From an uncultured Rickettsiales bacterium (GTDB lineage Bacteria; Pseudomonadota; Alphaproteobacteria; WRAU01; CAYYLE01), in contig CAYYLE010000002.1 in NCBI GenBank assembly GCA_964472375.1, forward strand, positions 1 through 60,452: a stretch of DNA of 60,452 nucleotides, read 5' to 3'. Below the pieces are notes generated by a model. That model was not told the origin of the DNA and made no database searches. It saw only the letters and a list, made by a program, of their open reading frames with translations. The position numbers and the translations under genes are program-made. Shown in pieces: positions 29,142 through 38,125 of this stretch; within the stretch, counting starts at the first letter, position 1, and every line of letters starts with the position of its first letter.

Positions 29142-30339
29142 AAATATTTTTACTAAATATAAGCTTTTTATACTTTTAATATCATTGTTATTGTTTGTTA
29201 TTTTTACAATTGCTTTCAATAAGCTTTATGTAAAAAATAACATTAACAATCAAAGTAAACAAAATGCAACTAATTATACTCAAGTATCTGCTTTAAATAT
29301 ACCTAATTGGAAGAAAGATAACGAAATATCTAATGGGTTAAAGCAATTTTTAAGAAGTTGTCAGGTTATTTTGCGTAAAAAACCAGAAACAACAATAACA
29401 GAGCAACCTTATGTTACCACAGTGCTTCATTGGCAACATGTTTGCGACCAAGGTGAGCTTGTTCAATCGGAAAGTATTGATAAAATATATGAATACCTAG
29501 AAAATAACTTTAATTTTTACCTAGTTGGCAAAAAAGATGAAGCTTTTATTACAGGTTATTTTAATATCACACTAAATGGTTCTTTAACACCAACAGATAA
29601 ATTTAAATACCCTGTTTATAAAAAACCACAAGACCTTATAAGTATAGATTTATCTCGCTATATTAAAGACCTAGAAAGCAATTCAGTGATTTTTGGTAGG
29701 TTGATAGATGGAAAGCTTTATCCTTACCACACAAGAGAAGACATAGACAGCAAAGGTGTTTTAAAAAACCAAAATCTAGAAATATTGTGGGTAGATAATA
29801 AAGTAGACCTTTTTATGCTTCATGTACAAGGTTCAGGTAGAGTTAGATTGCAAGATGGTTCTGTTGTGTCAGTAGGGTATGCTGCTAAAAATGGAAGACC
29901 TTATAGGTCAATAGGTTCTACAATTGTAGAGCTTGGTTTACTAGAAAAAGATCAAATAGATATGTTTGCTATCTATAAGGTATTGGAAGAAAACCCAAGC
30001 TTAGAAGATAAGATATTAAACACTAATGAAAGTTATATCTTTTTTGAAGAAAGAAGAGGAGCAGATGTTGTAGGAGCAATGAATGTACCTTTAACAGCTA
30101 AAAGAAGTGTAGCAGTAGATACAAAATATATTGCCTTAGGAACACCTATATGGCTTGAAACAACATACCCAAATACCAATAATTCAATAAACTCTTTAGT
30201 TGTAGCACAAGATATAGGTTCGGCAATTAAAGGCAATGCAAGGTTGGATTATTATTGGGGTTCAGGCAAAGAAGCAACATTTTGGGCTGCACAGATGAAA
30301 AATAAAGGAAGCATTTACATAATGCTTCCTAAACCTTAA
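29128..30339 (+). CDS. mltA: Membrane-bound lytic murein transglycosylase A
   Basis: The MltA domain (LHVQGSGRVRLQDGS, GYAAKNGRPYRSIG) is followed by a 3D domain (VAVDTKYIALGTPIWL, VAQDIGSAIKGNARLDYYWGSG). Confidence 0.85.
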   Translation: MNTIKNIFTKYKLFILLISLLLFVIFTIAFNKLYVKNNINNQSKQNATNYTQVSALNIPNWKKDNEISNGLKQFLRSCQVILRKKPETTITEQPYVTTVLHWQHVCDQGELVQSESIDKIYEYLENNFNFYLVGKKDEAFITGYFNITLNGSLTPTDKFKYPVYKKPQDLISIDLSRYIKDLESNSVIFGRLIDGKLYPYHTREDIDSKGVLKNQNLEILWVDNKVDLFMLHVQGSGRVRLQDGSVVSVGYAAKNGRPYRSIGSTIVELGLLEKDQIDMFAIYKVLEENPSLEDKILNTNESYIFFEERRGADVVGAMNVPLTAKRSVAVDTKYIALGTPIWLETTYPNTNNSINSLVVAQDIGSAIKGNARLDYYWGSGKEATFWAAQMKNKGSIYIMLPKP

Positions 30340-30343
30340 AAAC

Positions 30344-31642
30344 TTATAGAATTTGATTAGAAAGGTCATTATTTTTAACTATATGAGATAGTTTTTCTTT
30401 AACAAACTCTTTATCTATTACATATTTTTTGCCCTCATTTTCAGATGCAGAAAAACTAATATCTTCTAAAAGTTTTTCTGTAACTGTATAAAGTCTTCTA
30501 GCCCCTATATTTTCAATATTATTGTTAAGCTCAACAGCAATAGAGGCTATTTCATCTACTGCATCTTCTTTAAAGGTTATAGTTACATTTTCAGCACCTA
30601 TAAGGTTTTTGTATTGCTCTAAAAGATTATTTTTTGTATCTTTTAGGATTTTTACAAAGTCATCTTTGTTTAAAGATTCAAGCTCAACTCTAATAGGAAA
30701 CCTACCTTGTAATTCAGGTAGCATATCAGAGGGTTTACTTACATGGAAAGCACCAAGACCAATAAATAAAATATGGTCAGTGTTAACATTACCATGCTTT
30801 GTATTTACCCTTGTACCTTCAATTATAGGCAAAAGGTCTCTTTGCACACCTTCTCTGCTTACCCCTCCTCTTGTATTTACAGAGCCAGAGTTAACTATTT
30901 TATCTATTTCATCAATTACTACAATGCCATTTTCTTCAACATTTGCAATGGCAATTTCTATAATGTCATCTTCATTAATAAGCTCTTCTGCTTCTTCATT
31001 TATCAGCAATTCTCTTGCCTGGCTTATTTTTAAAGATTTCTTTTTAGTTTGCTTTTGATTTCCGCCTAAAATATCACCAATTGGCATCATGCTAATTTGA
31101 CCACCGTTTGAAATATCTAAAGTAGCTGGAGATTTTTTTACAGTTATAGTTATGTCAATAACTTTATCTTCAAATTCTTTTTTTCTTAGTTTTTCTAAAA
31201 ATTTGGCTTTTGTTTCTTCCGATGCACTTTTACCAACAAGAGCTTGTAATATTCTATCTTCAGCTTTTTTTTCTGCTGTTACTCTTACATTGTTTTTTTG
31301 TTTTTCTTTTGTGTTTTGTATAGAAACTTCAAGTAAATCTCTTATAATTTGCTCTACATCTCTACCTACATAGCCAACTTCTGTAAACTTAGTTGCTTCT
31401 ACTTTTACAAATGGTGCATCATCTAAAACTGCTAATCTGCGAGATATTTCAGTTTTACCAACACCAGTTGGCCCCATCATTAGTATATTTTTAGGAACTA
31501 TGTTTTTACGAACATCAGCAGGAAGTTGCTTTCTTCTCCATCTATTGCGTAAAGCAATAGCGACTGATTTTTTTGCTTCATTTTGCTTAATAATATATTT
31601 ATCAAGGTATGAAACTATCTCTCTAGGTGTAAAGTTTTTCAC
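30344..31642 (-). CDS. hslU: ATP-dependent protease ATPase subunit HslU
   Basis: The sequence shows TPREIVSYLDKYIIKQ, the Walker A motif GPTGVGKTEISRRLA, IVVIDEIDKI and the I-domain insertion. Confidence 0.95.
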   Translation of the reverse strand: MKNFTPREIVSYLDKYIIKQNEAKKSVAIALRNRWRRKQLPADVRKNIVPKNILMMGPTGVGKTEISRRLAVLDDAPFVKVEATKFTEVGYVGRDVEQIIRDLLEVSIQNTKEKQKNNVRVTAEKKAEDRILQALVGKSASEETKAKFLEKLRKKEFEDKVIDITITVKKSPATLDISNGGQISMMPIGDILGGNQKQTKKKSLKISQARELLINEEAEELINEDDIIEIAIANVEENGIVVIDEIDKIVNSGSVNTRGGVSREGVQRDLLPIIEGTRVNTKHGNVNTDHILFIGLGAFHVSKPSDMLPELQGRFPIRVELESLNKDDFVKILKDTKNNLLEQYKNLIGAENVTITFKEDAVDEIASIAVELNNNIENIGARRLYTVTEKLLEDISFSASENEGKKYVIDKEFVKEKLSHIVKNNDLSNQIL

Positions 31643-31645
31643 GGT

Positions 31646-32200
31646 TTAATTTCCTTCAACTGTTTTTATTGTTAAATTATTATTGGTGTAAATACATAAA
31701 TCTGCTGCTATATTTAGTGATTTTTTAACGATTTCTTCAGCGTTTAGATTATTTTCAATACTTAATAGTGCTTTTGCAGCAGCGGTTGCATAGTTACCAC
31801 CAGAGCCAATTGCAATACAATCATCTTCAGGTGCTAAAACATCACCAATTCCTGTTAAAACAAATGTTTGTTTGCCATTTGTTACAATCATCATTGCTTC
31901 TAGTTTTCTTAGATATTTATCTAAACGCCAATTTTTAGCAAGTTCTACACATGCTCTGTCTAGCTGTGTTGGGTATTTTTCTATTTTTTCTTCTAGTCTT
32001 TCAAAAAGTGTAAAAGCATCAGCAGTAGAGCCTGCAAAACCAGATATAATATTTTTATTACTGCTTAATCTTCTAACTTTTACAGCGTTTCCTTTTAATA
32101 CAGTATTACCAAGGGTAACCTGACCATCTCCACCTATTGCTGTTTTGCCATTTTTAGTAACACACAGTATAGTAGTGCCTTTTAGTTTAATTTCACTCAT
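31646..32200 (-). CDS. hslV: ATP-dependent protease subunit HslV
   Basis: The catalytic N-terminal Thr context (GTTILCV), GDGQVTLG and GSGGNYA motifs are present. The gene lies 3 nt upstream of hslU. Confidence 0.95.
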   Translation of the reverse strand: MSEIKLKGTTILCVTKNGKTAIGGDGQVTLGNTVLKGNAVKVRRLSSNKNIISGFAGSTADAFTLFERLEEKIEKYPTQLDRACVELAKNWRLDKYLRKLEAMMIVTNGKQTFVLTGIGDVLAPEDDCIAIGSGGNYATAAAKALLSIENNLNAEEIVKKSLNIAADLCIYTNNNLTIKTVEGN

Positions 32201-32247
32201 GTTTAAAATCTTTTTTGGTGTATGTTATAATTTAAGTTATATAAACT

Positions 32248-32275
32248 ATATAGTTACAAAAAAAATAATTGCAAG
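32248..32275 (-). promoter_or_regulatory. Candidate promoter of hslVU (CTTG-N17-ACTATAT)
   Basis: On the minus strand the sequence reads CTTG (32275-32272), then 17 nt, then ACTATAT (32254-32248). The -10 element ends 48 nt upstream of the hslV ATG. The grpE upstream region has the same -10 heptamer, and the dnaK upstream region has a closely related one. Confidence 0.35.
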
Positions 32276-32297
32276 ATTTTATAAACAAGGGTTAAAA

Positions 32298-32657
32298 ATG
32301 TTTAAGTATGATGATGAAAATATATTTGCAAAAATTTTAAAACAACAAATACCTTGCAATAAGGTGCATGAAAGTGAAAATACTTTAGCTTTTAAAGATA
32401 TAGCACCACAAAAAAAAGTGCATATTGTTGTAATACCAAAGGGTAAGTATATTAATTACAGCCATTTTATAGAAAACGCAAAAGAAGAAGAAATATTAGA
32501 CTTTTTTAAATCAATAAAAAAGATTGTTAAAGAACTTGCTTTAGAAGAAAAAGGTTACAGGCTTATAACAAACCAAGGAGAGCATGGAGGACAAGAGGTT
32601 TTTCATTTTCATGCTCATATACTAGCTGGCGAAAGCGTTGGCAAACTAACTTGTTAA
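32298..32657 (+). CDS. HIT-family (histidine triad) nucleotide hydrolase
   Basis: The protein begins MFKYDDENIFAKILKQQIPC and contains the histidine triad HFHAHILAG. The start is set at ATG 32298, because the longer track ORF (32145) would overlap the hslV start. Confidence 0.85.
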   Translation: MFKYDDENIFAKILKQQIPCNKVHESENTLAFKDIAPQKKVHIVVIPKGKYINYSHFIENAKEEEILDFFKSIKKIVKELALEEKGYRLITNQGEHGGQEVFHFHAHILAGESVGKLTC

Positions 32658-32669
32658 TTTAGGACTAAA

Positions 32670-34520
32670 ATGATTTTTGATGTAGTGGTAGTAGGTGCAG
32701 GACATGCAGGAATAGAAGCAGCAGCTGCAGCAGCTAGATATGGTGCAAATGTTGCTTTAATATCTAAAAGTAAAGAAGATATTGGTCAAATGTCTTGTAA
32801 CCCTGCAATAGGTGGGCTTGGTAAAGGGCATATTGTGAAAGAAATTGATGCTTTAGATGGCTTAATGCCAGAAATTGCAGACAATGCTTGCATACACTTT
32901 AAAATACTTAACAGAAGTAAAGGTGCTGCTGTGCAAGGTCCTCGCTCTCAAGCTGATAGAGAGCTTTATAAGAACTTTGCACACAATAAAGTACTAAACT
33001 ATAAAAATATTACTTTTGTAGAAGGTGTTGTTGATGATATTAAACTTAAAGATGGCAAAGTAAGCTCAATTGAGCTTGAAGATGGAAAAAGCATTAAGTG
33101 TGGTGCTATTGTTTTAACAACAGGTACTTTTTTATCTTCTACTATCTTTATTGGAAAAGAGCGTTTACAAGGCGGTAGATGGGGTGAAAAATCTTATAGC
33201 GGGCTTTCTAAATTTTTGCGTTCATGTAATGTAGATGTAGCTCGTTTAAAAACAGGAACACCTGCAAGGCTTGCTAAAGATTCAATAGATTTTTCAGTTT
33301 TAGAAGAGCAAAAAGGCGATAGCATCCCAACCCCTTTTTCATATGCTACTGATAAAGTAACTGTTCCTCAAGTAAGTTGCTATATTACCCATACAAATAG
33401 TGAAACACACAATATTATAAAAGAAAACCTTGCAGAATCACCTTTGTTTGATGATTCTATAAAAGGTAAAGGCCCAAGATATTGCCCATCTATTGAAGAT
33501 AAAATACATAGGTTTAGCCAAAGAGATGCACACCAAATATTTCTAGAGCCTGAAGGGTTAAACAGTAATTTAATATATCCAAATGGAATATCTACCTCTT
33601 TACCAAAAAGTGTTCAAGATAGCTTTATAAGAAGCATAAAAGGTCTTGAAAATGCCAAAATTGTAAACTATGGATATGCAATAGAGTACGACTATGTAAA
33701 CCCTAAAAGCCTAGATAAAAACCTGCAACTTGATGGAATAAAAGGGCTTTTTTTAGCTGGTCAGATAAATGGCACAACAGGATATGAAGAAGCAGGAGGG
33801 CAGGGTCTAATTGCAGGGTTTAATGCAGCTAGGTTTGCCTCTTCTGATTGCAGTGATTTTACAATGTCTCGTAGTGATGCTTATATAGCAGTGATGATAG
33901 ATGACCTTATTAACTTTGGTGTAAAAGAGCCTTATCGCATGTTTACATCTCGTGCTGAATACAGGATTCTTTTAAGGGCAGACAATGCTGATTTTAGATT
34001 AACTGAAGCAGGCTATAAGGCTGGTTTTGTTTCACAAAAAAGATATGATGCATTTTTACAAAGAAAAGAAAGAGTGGAAAAAATAAAGCATGTTCTTTCT
34101 CAATATAGTTTTACCCCAAATTCTTTAGAAAAAGAAGGTATAAGATTAAACAAAGACGGTGTAAGAAGAGATGGCTTAAAACTTTTAAGTTTATCGGCTG
34201 TTTCTTTAGAAGATGCTATTAAAATTATGCCTAATCTTAAAGAGTTTGATGCAAAAGACTTGGAGTTTGTTGAAAATGATTGTAAATATAGTAGCTATAT
34301 AGAAATCTACAATAAAGAAAGAGAAAGACTAAAAAAGGAAGAAAGTATAGTTATTCCTACTAGTTTAGATTATAGTAAAATACCTAGCTTATCTTCTGAA
34401 ATGGTTGAGCTATACTCAAGAGAAAAACCAAAAAATATATATACAGCCTCACGAATGAAGGGTGTTACACCTGCTTCTGTGTTTGCTGTTCTTGCTTATG
34501 TAAAAAAGAACAATAAATAA
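32670..34520 (+). CDS. mnmG: tRNA uridine 5-carboxymethylaminomethyl modification enzyme MnmG (GidA)
   Basis: The 616-aa protein has the FAD motif DVVVVGAGHAGIEAA plus MSCNPAIGG, GPRYCPSIEDK and GQINGTTGYEEA. Confidence 0.97.
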   Translation: MIFDVVVVGAGHAGIEAAAAAARYGANVALISKSKEDIGQMSCNPAIGGLGKGHIVKEIDALDGLMPEIADNACIHFKILNRSKGAAVQGPRSQADRELYKNFAHNKVLNYKNITFVEGVVDDIKLKDGKVSSIELEDGKSIKCGAIVLTTGTFLSSTIFIGKERLQGGRWGEKSYSGLSKFLRSCNVDVARLKTGTPARLAKDSIDFSVLEEQKGDSIPTPFSYATDKVTVPQVSCYITHTNSETHNIIKENLAESPLFDDSIKGKGPRYCPSIEDKIHRFSQRDAHQIFLEPEGLNSNLIYPNGISTSLPKSVQDSFIRSIKGLENAKIVNYGYAIEYDYVNPKSLDKNLQLDGIKGLFLAGQINGTTGYEEAGGQGLIAGFNAARFASSDCSDFTMSRSDAYIAVMIDDLINFGVKEPYRMFTSRAEYRILLRADNADFRLTEAGYKAGFVSQKRYDAFLQRKERVEKIKHVLSQYSFTPNSLEKEGIRLNKDGVRRDGLKLLSLSAVSLEDAIKIMPNLKEFDAKDLEFVENDCKYSSYIEIYNKERERLKKEESIVIPTSLDYSKIPSLSSEMVELYSREKPKNIYTASRMKGVTPASVFAVLAYVKKNNK

Positions 34521-34537
34521 ACTCTTTGCCTAAAAAA

Positions 34538-34573
34538 CAGCTATTTTTTAACAAATGGCTGTTTCTATTTTTT
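34538..34573 (+). terminator. Rho-independent terminator candidate after mnmG
   Basis: CAGCTATTT (34538-34546) pairs with AAATGGCTG (34553-34561), including one G-U pair. TTTCTATTTTTT follows the hairpin. Confidence 0.55.
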
Positions 34574-34575
34574 AT

Positions 34576-34591
34576 TGTTTCACGTGAAACA
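34576..34591. promoter_or_regulatory. parS centromere-like site 1 (perfect palindrome TGTTTCACGTGAAACA)
   Basis: This exactly matches the palindromic form of the conserved ParB/Spo0J-binding parS consensus. It sits inside a 25-bp direct repeat (34569-34593) whose second copy carries parS 2. Confidence 0.85.
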
Positions 34592-34613
34592 AAATACCAT
34601 TTAAAAACAAACC

Positions 34614-34642
34614 TTGTTTTATTTTTTCAAAAAAATTATTAT
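34614..34642 (+). promoter_or_regulatory. Candidate sigma-70-type promoter of rsmG-parA-parB
   Basis: TTGTTT (34614-34619), a 17-nt spacer, then TATTAT (34637-34642). The promoter lies between the two parS sites, so parS 2 would fall in the 5' leader. Confidence 0.3.
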
Positions 34643-34680
34643 TGATAATAATTAGTAATTTATTTTAAAAACATTTTTAT

Positions 34681-34696
34681 TGTTTCACGTGAAACA
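34681..34696. promoter_or_regulatory. parS centromere-like site 2 (perfect palindrome TGTTTCACGTGAAACA)
   Basis: This 16-mer is identical to site 1 and lies 105 bp away. It is embedded in the second copy of the 25-bp repeat TTTTTATTGTTTCACGTGAAACAAA (34674-34698) and ends 9 nt before the rsmG ATG. Confidence 0.85.
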
Positions 34697-34705
34697 AATA
34701 CACAT

Positions 34706-35308
34706 ATGAAATTAGAAAACTTTAACTTAAATAATGAAAAAATAGAGCTTATACATAAGTATATTAAGCTTTTAACAGAGTATAACCAAAAGTTTAACTT
34801 AATATCTAAACATACAGTTGATGATATTTTAGATAGGCACATAATAGACTCTTTACAGCTTGTTAAATATATAGACAGTAATGCAAAAAAAATAGCTGAC
34901 CTTGGAAGTGGTGCAGGGTTGCCTGGTATTGTTTTAGCAATTGCTTTAGACAATATTGAGTTTTGTTTAGTAGAAAGCAATGGTAAAAAAGCATCTTTTT
35001 TGCAAACTGTAGTTAAAGAGCTTGGTTTATTAAATGTAAAGGTGGTTAATGACAGAATAGAGACTTTGCAAGGTAAGGGTATTTATTTTGATATCATTAC
35101 AGCAAGAGCCTTAGCGTCTTTAGATATTTTGTGGAGTTTGTCTGCAAACATATTAGGTAAAAATGGTTATACATTGTTTTTAAAAGGTAGAAAACATAAA
35201 GAAGAAACTAGTGCTTTGTTGAAAAAAAATAAAGGTTTAAAAATTGACTTTTTAGATGCATTGGTTGAAGAATCTAAAATAGTGAAAATACACAAAAAAG
35301 GAAAGTAA
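34706..35308 (+). CDS. rsmG: 16S rRNA (guanine527-N7)-methyltransferase RsmG (GidB)
   Basis: The sequence contains NQKFNLIS, RHIIDSL and the SAM motif DLGSGAGLPGIVLAI. The gidA-gidB-parA-parB synteny is conserved. Confidence 0.9.
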   Translation: MKLENFNLNNEKIELIHKYIKLLTEYNQKFNLISKHTVDDILDRHIIDSLQLVKYIDSNAKKIADLGSGAGLPGIVLAIALDNIEFCLVESNGKKASFLQTVVKELGLLNVKVVNDRIETLQGKGIYFDIITARALASLDILWSLSANILGKNGYTLFLKGRKHKEETSALLKKNKGLKIDFLDALVEESKIVKIHKKGK

Positions 35309-35310
35309 AA

Positions 35311-36075
35311 ATGTCTAAAATTATATCTATTGTTAACCAAAAAGGTGGAGTTGGTAAAACAACAACAGCAATTAATTTAGCGGCATCTTTAGCAGCAATG
35401 AAAAAGAAAGTTCTATTAATAGATTTTGACCCACAAGGAAACGCAAGCACAGGTGTACAGGTGTATTTAGAGCAGGGAGAAAAACATGTTTATCATTTCT
35501 TAATAGGGCAAGCATCTTTTGAGCAAGCTGTAAGAAAAACTATTATAAACGGGCTTGACATCCTGCCATCAAACATGGATCTTACAGGGGCAGAGGTAGA
35601 GCTAGGTGCAATGGAAAACAGCTATACAGCCTTAAAAGATGCTTTAAAAGATATAGTATTAGATTATGATTATTGCCTTATAGATTGCCCGCCTTCTTTA
35701 GGTATGCTTACCATTAATTCTTTAATAGCGTGTGATGATGTACTAATACCATTGCAAACAGAGTATTTTGCACTAGAAGGGCTTAGTCACCTAATGAAAA
35801 CAATAGAGCTTATAAGAGATTCTTATAACTCTAGTTTGAATATTAGAGGCATACTTTTAACAATGTATGATGCACGAAATAACCTTACAAAATCAGTTGA
35901 AAAAGATGTAAGAGATTACTATAAAGATATTGTTTATAACTCTTATATTCCTCGTAATGTAAAGATATCAGAATCTCCATCACATGGTTACCCTGTAATA
36001 GTGTACGACCCGCAGTGTACAGGTGCAAAAGCTTATTTAGATTTAGCAGTAGAGTTTTTAAATCAAGAAAAGTAA
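35311..36075 (+). CDS. parA: Chromosome partitioning ATPase ParA (Soj)
   Basis: The deviant Walker A motif is NQKGGVGKTTTAINLA. DCPPSLG and other ParA/MinD-type motifs are present in a 254-aa protein. Confidence 0.95.
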   Translation: MSKIISIVNQKGGVGKTTTAINLAASLAAMKKKVLLIDFDPQGNASTGVQVYLEQGEKHVYHFLIGQASFEQAVRKTIINGLDILPSNMDLTGAEVELGAMENSYTALKDALKDIVLDYDYCLIDCPPSLGMLTINSLIACDDVLIPLQTEYFALEGLSHLMKTIELIRDSYNSSLNIRGILLTMYDARNNLTKSVEKDVRDYYKDIVYNSYIPRNVKISESPSHGYPVIVYDPQCTGAKAYLDLAVEFLNQEK

Positions 36076-36088
36076 AAGGTTTGATTTT

Positions 36089-37081
36089 ATGAAAAATACA
36101 ATAGATACAAGTTTGTTGCTTAATAAAAAACTAGATAACAATAATAAAAAACCTAAGGCTTTAGGCAGAGGGCTTTCTGCATTGCTAGGTGAGGTTGAAA
36201 GCACTAAAGTTTCAATCAACAATCCACAAGTGCCTAAACCTAAAGCAAAGCAAGAGTATTCTACAGAAGTTAAAGAAGCTCCTAAAGAGGATGGAAAAAA
36301 TGTTGTTTTAATAAAAATAGAGCATATAGCACCAAATATCAATCAACCTCGTAGGCTTTTTGATGATGAGAAAATAAAAGACCTTGCAAGCTCAATTAAA
36401 GAAAAAGGTATAATACAGCCTTTAATTGTAAGAAGGCTAAACAACCTAGAAACAGACTATGAAATAGTAGCAGGTGAAAGAAGATTCCGTGCAGCGTCTT
36501 TTTTAAAACTCAAAGAAGTTCCTTGTATTGTTGTAAAAGCAACTGATATTGAAGTTTTAGAAATAGCTCTTATTGAAAACATACAAAGGGAAAACCTAAG
36601 CCCAATAGACGAAGCAGAAGCATATAATGAGCTTTTGGTAACTCATAATCATACCCATGAAAGCTTATCTCATGCTGTTTCTAAAAGTAGGCCTTATATT
36701 AGCAATTATTTAAGGCTTTTAAGCTTGCCAAATGCTGTTAAAAACATGGTTAATCAAAGGCTTATCAGTGTTGGTCATGCAAGATGTTTGATAAACTCTC
36801 AAAACCCTGAAAAAATAGCAGAGCTTATTATAAGTAAAAAACTAAGTGTTAGAGAAACTGAAAAACTAGTAAATGATGAAAAATCTAGCACTAAAGAGAT
36901 AGTGAAGCATTTAAAGAATCCTGATCAGGTTGAGTACATACAAAACTTGCAGAAAGATATTTCAAGCTATTTAAATAGAGATGTTGTTATAAAGCAAGAT
37001 AGTAAAGGCAGGGGCTATATCAAGGTTAAGTTTCTTTCAATAGAAGATGTTTATAGGTGGTTTGATATAAATAAAAAATAA
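36089..37081 (+). CDS. parB: Chromosome partitioning protein ParB (Spo0J)
   Basis: The sequence shows N-terminal LGRGLSALLG, ParB box I/II (NINQPRRLFD, IVAGERRFRA) and an HTH region (ESLSHAVSKSRPYISNYLRLLSLP). Confidence 0.95.
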   Translation: MKNTIDTSLLLNKKLDNNNKKPKALGRGLSALLGEVESTKVSINNPQVPKPKAKQEYSTEVKEAPKEDGKNVVLIKIEHIAPNINQPRRLFDDEKIKDLASSIKEKGIIQPLIVRRLNNLETDYEIVAGERRFRAASFLKLKEVPCIVVKATDIEVLEIALIENIQRENLSPIDEAEAYNELLVTHNHTHESLSHAVSKSRPYISNYLRLLSLPNAVKNMVNQRLISVGHARCLINSQNPEKIAELIISKKLSVRETEKLVNDEKSSTKEIVKHLKNPDQVEYIQNLQKDISSYLNRDVVIKQDSKGRGYIKVKFLSIEDVYRWFDINKK

Positions 37082-37082
37082 T

Positions 37083-37111
37083 AAAAAAGGGAAAATGCCT
37101 CCCTTTTTTTT
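37083..37111. terminator. Bidirectional rho-independent terminator between parB and the convergent ABC ATPase gene
   Basis: The sequence is AAAAAAGGGA-AAATGCC-TCCCTTTTTTTT. A GGGA/TCCC stem is extended by a flanking A-tract and T-tract, so it can work in both directions. Confidence 0.6.
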
Positions 37112-37139
37112 GTATTAATATTGCATGCAAACGATGTTT

Positions 37140-38045
37140 TTAAGTATTTTCTTTTGTTATGTTTAAAAAGATACTTTCAAGGTCAGGCTCTTGAATGTTT
37201 ATGTCTTTAATTTCTAGCTTTAAAAGCTTTGCAGAATCTATCATATCTTGAATCGAATCTTCCTTTGTAAGCTTAAATTTAAGGCTTTTTGTGTCAATTT
37301 CAACATTAAACTTGTTGGTTATCTTTGTGGGAACAACATCAAGGCTTTTATTGAACTTAATTTCAAGAACCCTATCTGCTTTTGTAAGTAAGTTTTCTTT
37401 GCTTTCATTTGCAATAAGCTTGCCATTTTTAATTATAGCAACTTGATTGCAAAGCTGTTGTGCTTCTTGCAGATAATGAGTTGTTAAAACAATGGTAGTT
37501 CCTTGTTTGTTAAGTTCTTTTAGGTTGTTCCATATTATGTCTCTTAGCATAATATCAACACCTGCTGTTGGTTCATCTAAAAACAAAACTTTTGGCTTTG
37601 TAATTAGTGCCTTTGCTATCAAAACCCTTCTTTTCATACCACCTGAAAGCTGGCGAGTAGAGCTAAATGCTTGCTCTTCAAGTCCTAGTTTTTCAAGAAC
37701 CCTTAAAACCTCTTGCTTTGTTGTCTTTATGCCATAAAGCTCTGCTTGTAGTTGCACAGACCTAAATGGTGTAAAAAATGGGTCAAAAACAATATCTTGA
37801 GGAACAATAGCAACTGATTTTCTAAAGTTTATAAAGTTGTTATCAATGTGGTAGTTGTCAACAAAAATATCACCTTCATTTCTTACTACCATATTTCCTA
37901 TTATATTAATAAGAGTAGATTTACCAGCACCGTTATGACCCAAAAGAGCCAAAAAACCACCGCTTTCTAAATTAAGCGATATATTATCCAAAGCTTTTTT
38001 GTTTTTATTTTTGTAAGACTTTGTTACATTTTTTATTTCTAACAT
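37140..38045 (-). CDS. ABC transporter ATP-binding protein (ABC-2/DrrA-like exporter type)
   Basis: The sequence has the Walker A motif GHNGAGKST, the signature LSGGMKRR, the Walker B motif LFLDEPTAGVD and an H-loop (TTH). No permease gene is adjacent. Confidence 0.9.
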   Translation of the reverse strand: MLEIKNVTKSYKNKNKKALDNISLNLESGGFLALLGHNGAGKSTLINIIGNMVVRNEGDIFVDNYHIDNNFINFRKSVAIVPQDIVFDPFFTPFRSVQLQAELYGIKTTKQEVLRVLEKLGLEEQAFSSTRQLSGGMKRRVLIAKALITKPKVLFLDEPTAGVDIMLRDIIWNNLKELNKQGTTIVLTTHYLQEAQQLCNQVAIIKNGKLIANESKENLLTKADRVLEIKFNKSLDVVPTKITNKFNVEIDTKSLKFKLTKEDSIQDMIDSAKLLKLEIKDINIQEPDLESIFLNITKENT

Positions 38046-38125
38046 TTTTTAATACTTTATTTAAATTATGTTTCAAATTATACATACTTTTAATAGCCAC
38101 TAAAAAAGTATTTTTTTTGTTTTTT

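Noticed and set aside
30522-31058. ORFs of 178 aa and 86 aa antisense to hslU.
   Set aside because: These are shadow ORFs inside a strongly conserved gene, with S/L/I-rich low-complexity translations. The same applies to the track ORFs antisense to ribD (2641-3405), the AsmA-like gene (8421-9224), mfd, recG, leuS, polA, addB, dnaK and dnaJ.
32145-32297. An N-terminal extension of the HIT-protein ORF that would overlap the hslV start and the divergent promoter region.
   Set aside because: The extension is hydrophobic junk with no homology to HIT proteins. The canonical HIT N-terminus (MFKYDDENIFAKIL) begins at ATG 32298.
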